DNA of 8,429 bases from an uncultured Bacilli bacterium. GTDB taxonomy: Bacteria > Bacillota_I > Bacilli_A > RF39 > UBA660. The notes beneath the pieces were generated by a model that worked only from the letters and a program-made list of their open reading frames with translations, was not told where the DNA came from and did not search any database. Every line of letters starts with the position of its first letter. The first letter of the stretch is position 1. Below, one piece after another: positions 1 to 5,154 of the stretch. The translations under genes were made by a program, and so were the position numbers. The stretch is from positions 1 to 8,429 of the forward strand of contig CARZYU010000045.1 of NCBI GenBank assembly GCA_949113215.1, given 5' to 3'.

Positions 1-43
1 AATGAAATTTAGTGTGCGTGTCTTACGCCCCTTCGGTTGTTTC

Positions 44-121
44 CCGCGCGGGCGGTTTCCTAAAACGGTAATGAGAACTGGAACAATGTTAACAAACGGA
101 ATGTTGGGGCTCGCCCAGATT
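44..121 (+). repeat. DGR template repeat (TR), non-coding donor copy
   Basis: Ungapped 78-nt match to 1625-1702 at a constant offset of 1581, which is a multiple of 3. 61/78 positions are identical. 16 of the 17 differences are at TR adenines (A62,63,65,70,71,76,77,83,86,92,94,95,96,100,101,119), changed to C x8, G x5 and T x3. Six TR adenines are unchanged and 55/56 non-A positions are identical. Read in the VR frame, the TR has seven AAY (Asn) codons (64-66, 70-72, 76-78, 82-84, 85-87, 91-93, 100-102), the classic DGR design. It lies in non-coding DNA directly upstream of the RT. It is a GC-rich island in an AT-rich background. Confidence 0.9.
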
Positions 122-342
122 CACTTTTGAAGGAATCAAATTGGTTCAGAAAACAGATCTGTGAAATATATTTTAAGTAAAATATATCCGTATTTTAAAG
201 TGAAGGAATTTTCTTCTTTCTCGTCTCGCTAAGGAACAAGATTCTAATGCGAACGAAGCAATCAAAAAGCACTCACACAAACAACGAGTGAGGTTCACTC
301 TTTGGGCGTTATTCGGGGTGTTTCTTTTGTTGGAGGAAAACA
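122..342 (+). ncRNA. Spacer segment of the putative DGR RNA (between TR and RT), predicted to be structured
   Basis: 221 nt with no ORF between the TR end and the RT start. TCACTTT (121-127) is complementary to AAAGTGA (197-203), which closes a domain starting right at the TR 3' end. A 9-bp A/U hairpin spans 166-174/179-187 with loop AAGT. ACAGATCTGT (153-162) is a palindrome. TGAAGGAAT is directly repeated at 128-136 and 201-209. CACTC/GAGTG-type alternative pairings occur at 270-300. In the Bordetella phage BPP-1 DGR, the RNA 3' of the TR is required for priming cDNA synthesis. Exact RNA ends are unknown here. Confidence 0.5.
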
Positions 343-1371
343 ATGACAGTGGAAGAAATATTCACATTTGAAAACTTATACGATGCTTACAAGCATTGTA
401 GACTTGGAAAGCAACACAAGGGAGAGGTCATTCGTTTTGAAACAAATTTGGCCGTTCAGTTAAATGATTTAAGAAAAGATCTGAAGAGCAAAACGTATCA
501 ATTAGGAAATTATAAAACGTTTCATATTTATGAACCGAAAGAGCGGTTGATCGAGGCCCTTCCCTTTAAAGATCGTGTCGTAATCCGCTGTTTTTGTGAT
601 GTATGTTTAAAACCAAAGATAGAACCGAAGTTAATCTATGATAACTGTGCTTGTCGAAGGGGGGGAAAGGGGACAGCATTTGCGATTCGGAGGTTACATC
701 AATTTCTACGGAGTGTGTATTTCGAGGAAAAAACCAATCAATTCTATTTTTTAAAGTGTGATATTCGTAAGTATTTTCCCAATATCAATCATGACACTTT
801 AATTCATCTATTAGAAGAATTAAAGTTTTCTAAAGATGAAATGTGGATGAACGAAAAGTTAATCAAGGAGCAACCAGATCATTCGTCGCTAGGACTTCCT
901 CTTGGGAATCAATCTAGCCAGTGGTTTGCACTTCTCTATTTAAACAAAATTGATCATTTTATTAAAGAACAATTGAAAATAAAATACTATGTTCGTTATA
1001 TGGATGATATGATTTTGGTTCATCCGAACAAAGTTTATTTGGCGAAATGCAAACAAGAGATCAAAAAGATGTGTAAAGATCTTTTACAATTAGAACTGAA
1101 TGAAAAGACGCAAATTGGTATCGTAAAAAATGGAATTGATTTCCTTGGATATCGACATATGGTAAGCAAAACAGGAAAGATCATTGTGAAAATACGTTCT
1201 TCTTCCAAACAACGTATGAAAAAACACTTAAAAACGTTAAACAAGTTATACCAAAAGAATATCGTCGATGAAGACTATGTCTATTTAAGAAAAAATGCTT
1301 TTTACAATCATATCAAAGATACGAACGAGAATAAGAAATTTAAGGTTGACACCTTTCCTTCTAAAAAATAA
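343..1371 (+). CDS. DGR-type reverse transcriptase
   Basis: 342-aa ORF with a GGAGG RBS at 332-336, 6 nt before the ATG. The translation shows LPLGNQSSQ (nt 901-921), matching the [LIV]GxxxSQ motif that distinguishes DGR RTs from group II intron and retron RTs. It also shows the catalytic YMDD box in RYMDDMILV (nt 997-1008) and a downstream FLGY motif. It is compact, with no maturase, endonuclease or other appended domain. It sits immediately 3' of the TR. Confidence 0.93.
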   Translation: MTVEEIFTFENLYDAYKHCRLGKQHKGEVIRFETNLAVQLNDLRKDLKSKTYQLGNYKTFHIYEPKERLIEALPFKDRVVIRCFCDVCLKPKIEPKLIYDNCACRRGGKGTAFAIRRLHQFLRSVYFEEKTNQFYFLKCDIRKYFPNINHDTLIHLLEELKFSKDEMWMNEKLIKEQPDHSSLGLPLGNQSSQWFALLYLNKIDHFIKEQLKIKYYVRYMDDMILVHPNKVYLAKCKQEIKKMCKDLLQLELNEKTQIGIVKNGIDFLGYRHMVSKTGKIIVKIRSSSKQRMKKHLKTLNKLYQKNIVDEDYVYLRKNAFYNHIKDTNENKKFKVDTFPSKK

Positions 1372-1377
1372 AAGATT

Positions 1378-3342
1378 TTGGAAAATCATGGTATAATTGA
1401 CATGGTGATATCTATGTTTCAAAACGAAATAACCTTTTTAAGTTCAGATCAAATTTTTGGAAGAAATTCCTTGGACCTTTTTAAACATTATAGTAGAGAA
1501 TGTGCGATTACCGATTTTTCGATTTTATTAGGCGGTTATGTAGATGATAAGATAACAGTAGAGGATAATCTTGGAAAACATTATACTGATTGGTGGTGGA
1601 CGAGAGACTATTTTAATGATAGCTCCGCGCGGGCGGTTTCCCCGAGCGGTCGTGAGCTCTGGAGCACTGTTAGCCTCCGGTCTGTTGGGGCTCGCCCAGC
1701 TTTGCCGTACTCTCTCATCTCTTCCTTCTGCTCGAACGCAGTGAGAGTAAAAAAGGGAATTTGTGAAGTTCAATTTGGAGAATATCCACAATGGATTGTA
1801 GATCAAACCTTGGCACCTGAATTGGAATACCAATATAACAATGCTTCTACCATGAGGAATACAGGAAAAAAATATACGACAGATTCGGTTGATTGGGATG
1901 AATATGAGACTGGTTTTCTAGCGAAAGAACATATAGAATATGAGTATCAAAACAATAAATATATTCGAATAATAGGGGATTATAATGGAAAGGGAAAAAG
2001 ATTATCCGATGGTAGGAAGGTTAAAGAAGGAGATCCTTACTGGATTAAAGTAGAACCGATCACTTGGATAGTTGACGAAAAGGCCAATATTGCCCTTGCG
2101 AAATATCTTCTTTTTGCCGGGGTTCAATATGATCTTCTTAAAGATTATCAACAGGATTTTAATCAAACAAATATCAAGCGATTTTTAACGACGTATTTTG
2201 CCAATGATATTGTTGCATCACGAATAGTCCAAAATCAAGAAGAGCAAACTGGGAAAATAAGAAGGAAGCCAAATCCATATGGTTTTCATTTTAATGGTGT
2301 CAGTGAAGAGGATATGATTAAGGGAGCGGTGGAAAGTAATGTCCCCGTGTTTTTGCATGGCAAAAGTAGCGATGGAAAAAGCGCCAGGGTCAAGCAATTA
2401 GATCCCGATTGTGAGATCATTTATATGCGAAATGCTACTCCAGATAGTTTGAATGGAAAGAGTGTTTACAATGCAAACACTGGAGAGATGATCGATATAC
2501 CACCAACATGGTATCAAAGTCTAAAAGAAAAGTGTGAAAAAGAGCCTGACAAGATTCATATTTTATTTTTCGATGAATTAACCAATGCTCTACCATCCAT
2601 TCAAGGAATGGCCTTTAATATCGTATTAGACAAAGAAGTAAATGGAAAGTGGCAATTACCGGAGAACGTTCGAATTGTGGCAGCAGGAAACGATTTGAAC
2701 GATTCTTTAGCGGCCAATCAGATGGCAGAACCACTCTTCAATCGTTTTGCGCATGTTTATATTAATACGACGGTTGATAGCTGGTTGGAATGGGCGACAA
2801 CGCCAAACGAAAGTTACGAACGATTAAATTATGAGAAAGTGGTCGGAAAAAGGCCTAAAATTCATCCGGCAGTCTATGCTTACATTGCATATAAATCTTT
2901 TTCTCATCAAGATGTTTTGAGAACTCCTTATACGGGAGACAAACCCAATGCCGATCCTAGAAAATGGGAAATGGCCTCCAAGGTGCTGTATGAAACGAGG
3001 CAACCCGAGATGTTACGAGCTCTGATCGGAGAAGAATTGACAAGAGATTTTGTAATGTTTTCGAAACAATCCTTTTTAACGGTAGAAGATGTACTCAATC
3101 ACAATTACACAAAAGAAGAAATTGAAAGAATGAATGCGTCCATGAAATTTGCGACTGCGGTTGGACTTTCTTCTGTGGATCAAGAACATTTTGAAGTGAT
3201 AAGAGACTTTATGAAAGAGATTGGATCAGAACCCAAAGCAGCTTTTGAATCCATGTGGACGCATGGAGATGAAGATCGATTAGAACATCTTGCAGAAATT
3301 AGGCTAAAAGAAGCAAATATGGAAGGAGGAAAGGGAAAATGA
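1378..3342 (+). CDS. DGR variable (target) protein: N-terminal VR-bearing putative ligand-binding domain fused to a MoxR/AAA_5-like AAA+ ATPase
   Basis: 654-aa ORF. The VR covers codons 83-109 within ...YTDWWWTRDYFNDSSARAVSPSGRELWSTVSLRSVGARPALPY... AAA+ motifs are Walker A GKSSDGKS (G328-S335, nt 2359-2382) and Walker B ILFFDE (nt 2560-2577) followed by LTNALPSIQ in MoxR style. A sensor-1-like VAAGN is at nt 2677-2691, and LFNRF (R456, nt 2743-2745) resembles the MoxR L-x-DRF segment. The N-terminus has no signal peptide or TM segment. The start is uncertain: the track start at 1378 is TTG with a poor RBS. In-frame ATGs at 1402 and 1414 (GGTGA 5 nt upstream) are alternatives. Confidence 0.85.
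   Translation: MENHGIIDMVISMFQNEITFLSSDQIFGRNSLDLFKHYSRECAITDFSILLGGYVDDKITVEDNLGKHYTDWWWTRDYFNDSSARAVSPSGRELWSTVSLRSVGARPALPYSLISSFCSNAVRVKKGICEVQFGEYPQWIVDQTLAPELEYQYNNASTMRNTGKKYTTDSVDWDEYETGFLAKEHIEYEYQNNKYIRIIGDYNGKGKRLSDGRKVKEGDPYWIKVEPITWIVDEKANIALAKYLLFAGVQYDLLKDYQQDFNQTNIKRFLTTYFANDIVASRIVQNQEEQTGKIRRKPNPYGFHFNGVSEEDMIKGAVESNVPVFLHGKSSDGKSARVKQLDPDCEIIYMRNATPDSLNGKSVYNANTGEMIDIPPTWYQSLKEKCEKEPDKIHILFFDELTNALPSIQGMAFNIVLDKEVNGKWQLPENVRIVAAGNDLNDSLAANQMAEPLFNRFAHVYINTTVDSWLEWATTPNESYERLNYEKVVGKRPKIHPAVYAYIAYKSFSHQDVLRTPYTGDKPNADPRKWEMASKVLYETRQPEMLRALIGEELTRDFVMFSKQSFLTVEDVLNHNYTKEEIERMNASMKFATAVGLSSVDQEHFEVIRDFMKEIGSEPKAAFESMWTHGDEDRLEHLAEIRLKEANMEGGKGK
1625..1702 (+). repeat. DGR variable repeat (VR) inside the target CDS
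   Basis: This is the recipient copy of the TR (see feature 44-121). It is in frame and differs from the TR-encoded sequence at 10 codons (aa 89, 90, 92, 94, 96, 97, 99, 100, 102, 108). The scaffold residues (ARAVS, G91, E93, W95, V98, R101, VGARP) are encoded by TR bases other than mutated adenines. It is a local GC-rich island within an AT-rich gene. Confidence 0.9.
1684..1705 (+). other. Candidate IMH-like element at the VR 3' end (G/C-rich block GGGGCTCGCCC plus diverging flank)
   Basis: The TR 3' end is GTTGGGGCTCGCCCAGATTCAC and the VR 3' end is GTTGGGGCTCGCCCAGCTTTGC. The G/C-rich core is identical, followed by a few TR-versus-VR differences (1700, 1703, 1704). This is the arrangement described for IMH/IMH* in BPP-1. 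The assignment is by analogy only. Confidence 0.4.
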
Positions 3343-3740
3343 CAGAAGAGCGGATGGACTTGTTAGAGAAGTATTTAAGAAGTGGTTTTAATCCTATTTT
3401 AGTAGAAGATATTCCAGTAGATTCTTTCCACAACTCTGTCGTTTTACCAGCGACTCTTGATCCATTAGAACTCAATGGGCATTACGAAGATCGTAATTTT
3501 TGTCCTCCCCATTGGTATCAAGAATTAGTAGAAAAAAGTAAAAAAGAAGCAGTGATTTTACTGATTGAAAATATCAATGAGGTTGATCCTTTTGAACAGA
3601 ATAAATTTATCGAACTTTTAAAGTATAAGAAAATCAGTACCTTTTCTCTTCCTATGAATTGTCTCGTTCTTGTAACTTGTAAAAATTTAGAAGAAAGAAA
3701 GTTAAGTGAAGAGGTTTTCTCTTTGCTTGCGAAAATATAA
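3339..3740 (+). CDS. Small degenerate AAA+-like protein (paralog of the ATPase core of the upstream gene, Walker A and B ablated)
   Basis: 133-aa ORF. Its ATG overlaps the upstream TGA (ATGA at 3339-3342), and an AAGGAGG RBS lies at 3323-3329. By-eye alignment to aa ~310-440 of the 654-aa protein gives: CPPHWYQELVEKSKKE..VILLIENINEVDPFEQNKFIELL...SLPMNCLVLVTCKN versus IPPTWYQSLKEKCEKE...HILFFDELTNALPSIQGMAFNIVL...QLPENVRIVAAGN. The Walker A position reads EDIPVDSF instead of GKSSDGKS. Walker B DE is replaced by EN. Confidence 0.65.
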   Translation: MTEERMDLLEKYLRSGFNPILVEDIPVDSFHNSVVLPATLDPLELNGHYEDRNFCPPHWYQELVEKSKKEAVILLIENINEVDPFEQNKFIELLKYKKISTFSLPMNCLVLVTCKNLEERKLSEEVFSLLAKI

Positions 3741-3745
3741 GAGCA

Positions 3746-5119
3746 ATGATCGATATCGAAGCAATCAAACGAAAACTATTGGTAAAATATGCTCCTTTTG
3801 GAAGTGTAGTAGCCAATGTGGGTTTTAAGGAAGAAGATTCGGTTCCTACCGCTGGTACCGACGGTAAAACGATTTATTATAATTCGAAATTTGTAGAGTC
3901 TTTAACCGAAAAAGAAACGACGTTTCTTTTTGCTCATGAAATTTGTCATATTGCCTTTGACCATATTTATCGGTCCGAAGGAAAGGATGGGAAAATTTGG
4001 AATATTGCTACGGATGCGGTTATCAACGCCATGTTAAAGAAAGATAAACTACCTTTGATGAAAGGCGGAGTAGACAGGGAAGATGGAAACTATCTAAGTG
4101 CTGAGGAACTGTATGAGAAACTTTTAAAAGAGCAAAAGCAGGAAAATCAGAACAGTAATCAAGATGAATCAGAACATAATGATAAGTCACAGGAAAAGTC
4201 AAATCAGAATTCTAGTAACACCCAAGGAGACGGACAAGCAAGTGATAAAATGGAAGATAAACAAGAAAGCAGTGAAGGATCTTCGAAGGAGGAACAACAA
4301 GATAAGGATCAAGATGTGGGACACGATACACATGAAATGTGGAAAAAAGCAGTGAAGGAACGACAAGAAGAGAGAAAAAAGAGCCAAGAAAATGATAAGG
4401 GCGAAGAAAATCCTTCTACGAATAAAACGGAACCAATCAACGAGCAAGAAGTGTTTAAACAACTGCAAATAGAGAGAAAAAAACAGTTGGAGGAACTGCG
4501 CAAGTCCATTGTGAAAGAGTCACATACTCCTGGAGCAATGAGTAATGGTGAAGTGAGAGAGGTAAATGAAATTGGAGTTTCCAAACCACTGATCGATTGG
4601 CGAAGGTTATTAAAAGAGGCTATCAAATTCGATGTCGATTGGACGTATCAAAATGCCAGTGTTGAAGATGGAGTAGTGACCCCTTATTTGGAAGAACTTC
4701 CAAAACCAGAGACAGAAATTGTCTTAGATACGAGTGGTTCGATCGATGAAAACTTGCTTCGCAACTTCTTGAGAGAATGTAAGAATATTTTACAAAATTC
4801 CAAGGTGAAGGTAGGTTGTTTTGATACAAGGTTTTATGGTTTTACGGAAATCAGAAGTATAGAAGATATCGATCGTCTAACGTTTCAAGGTGGTGGCGGT
4901 ACGAACTTTGATGTTGCCGTTTCTGCTTTTACAAAAAGAGTAGAAAATAAAATCATCTTTACCGATGGAGAAGCCTCGATGCCTAGTATGTCCCTTGATG
5001 CAGTCTGGGTTGTATTTGGAAGTAGAAAAATAGCACCACCTGGTGGAAAGGTCATTCCAATCGATGAAGAGGCCCTTGAAAATTTATCTTATGACACTTC
5101 TTCAAAACACCGAAGATAA
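3746..5119 (+). CDS. Putative metallopeptidase-like (HExxH) plus VWA-domain protein, DUF2201-type partner of MoxR ATPases
   Basis: 457-aa ORF starting 5 nt after the previous stop. The N-terminal domain has HEICHIAFDH (H64-H68, nt 3935-3949) followed by NIATDAVIN. Residues ~125-260 form a Q/E/K/S/N/D-rich low-complexity linker. The C-terminal domain has a MIDAS-like DTSGS (D328-S332, nt 4727-4741), then GGGTNF and a FTDGE segment typical of VWA folds. This HExxH N-domain plus VWA-like C-domain architecture is what I recall for Pfam DUF2201_N/DUF2201 proteins, which usually neighbour MoxR AAA+ genes. Confidence 0.85.
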   Translation: MIDIEAIKRKLLVKYAPFGSVVANVGFKEEDSVPTAGTDGKTIYYNSKFVESLTEKETTFLFAHEICHIAFDHIYRSEGKDGKIWNIATDAVINAMLKKDKLPLMKGGVDREDGNYLSAEELYEKLLKEQKQENQNSNQDESEHNDKSQEKSNQNSSNTQGDGQASDKMEDKQESSEGSSKEEQQDKDQDVGHDTHEMWKKAVKERQEERKKSQENDKGEENPSTNKTEPINEQEVFKQLQIERKKQLEELRKSIVKESHTPGAMSNGEVREVNEIGVSKPLIDWRRLLKEAIKFDVDWTYQNASVEDGVVTPYLEELPKPETEIVLDTSGSIDENLLRNFLRECKNILQNSKVKVGCFDTRFYGFTEIRSIEDIDRLTFQGGGGTNFDVAVSAFTKRVENKIIFTDGEASMPSMSLDAVWVVFGSRKIAPPGGKVIPIDEEALENLSYDTSSKHRR

Positions 5120-5151
5120 AAAATCTCACTTGAATTCAAGTGAGATTTTTT
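5118..5151. terminator. Bidirectional Rho-independent terminator (perfect palindrome)
   Basis: AAAAAATCTCACTTGAATTCAAGTGAGATTTTTT is a perfect 34-nt palindrome. The core 9-bp stem is TCTCACTTG/CAAGTGAGA (5124-5132/5137-5145) with loop AATT. An A-run lies on the left and a T-run on the right. It sits between the convergent stops at 5119 (+) and 5155 (-). Confidence 0.88.
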
Positions 5152-5154
5152 CTG

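Larger units (their letters stand above)
44..3342 (+). mobile_element. DGR cassette (TR - spacer - RT - target gene with VR); domesticated, non-mobile retroelement
   Basis: This combines the TR/VR pair with adenine-specific mismatches, a DGR-signature RT, and a target ORF containing the VR. All are on one strand with 0-6 nt intergenic gaps. Confidence 0.85.

Noticed and set aside
1-43. Possible 5' extension of the TR to the window edge
   Set aside because: Ungapped comparison of 1-43 with 1582-1624 shows only chance-level identity. The in-frame translation (..CACLTPLRLFP) is unrelated to the VR-upstream peptide (WWTRDYFNDS). Homology starts at 44/1625.
2-130. 42-codon ORF (ATG at 2, TGA at 128-130) running across the TR in another frame
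   Set aside because: It is short, has no RBS within the window, and merely reads the GC-rich TR out of frame. TRs are non-coding templates in known DGRs. I cannot fully exclude that it is the tail of something upstream.
1035-1244. 69-aa minus-strand ORF inside the RT gene
   Set aside because: It is antisense to a CDS with clear RT motifs and has no independent support.
1-1371. RT plus upstream non-coding RNA region interpreted as a retron (msr/msd) or a group II intron
   Set aside because: The RT carries the DGR-type LGxxxSQ motif and YMDD. It has no maturase/X or endonuclease domain, and I saw no intron domain V/VI-like structures. The upstream region has a 78-nt adenine-mismatched copy inside the downstream gene, which retrons and introns do not explain.
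1528-1833. 101-aa minus-strand ORF overlapping the VR
   Set aside because: It is antisense to a well-supported CDS. It stays open only because the GC-rich VR island lacks stop codons. It has no RBS and no recognisable motifs.
3339-3740. ORF3 as the DGR accessory protein Avd (similar size, ~130 aa)
   Set aside because: The sequence is not basic or all-helical as Avd is. It aligns instead with the alpha/beta ATPase core of the upstream gene (PPxWYQxLxEK, ILxx strand, LPxN...N). Avd is also normally adjacent to the TR, not downstream of the target.
4164-4829. Four overlapping track ORFs: 4164-4355 (+), 4199-4468 (-), 4309-4626 (-), 4623-4829 (-)
   Set aside because: All lie inside the 457-aa CDS, mostly over its purine-rich low-complexity linker, which is naturally stop-poor in several frames. 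Their translations are compositionally odd (F/L/S-rich) and have no start signals.
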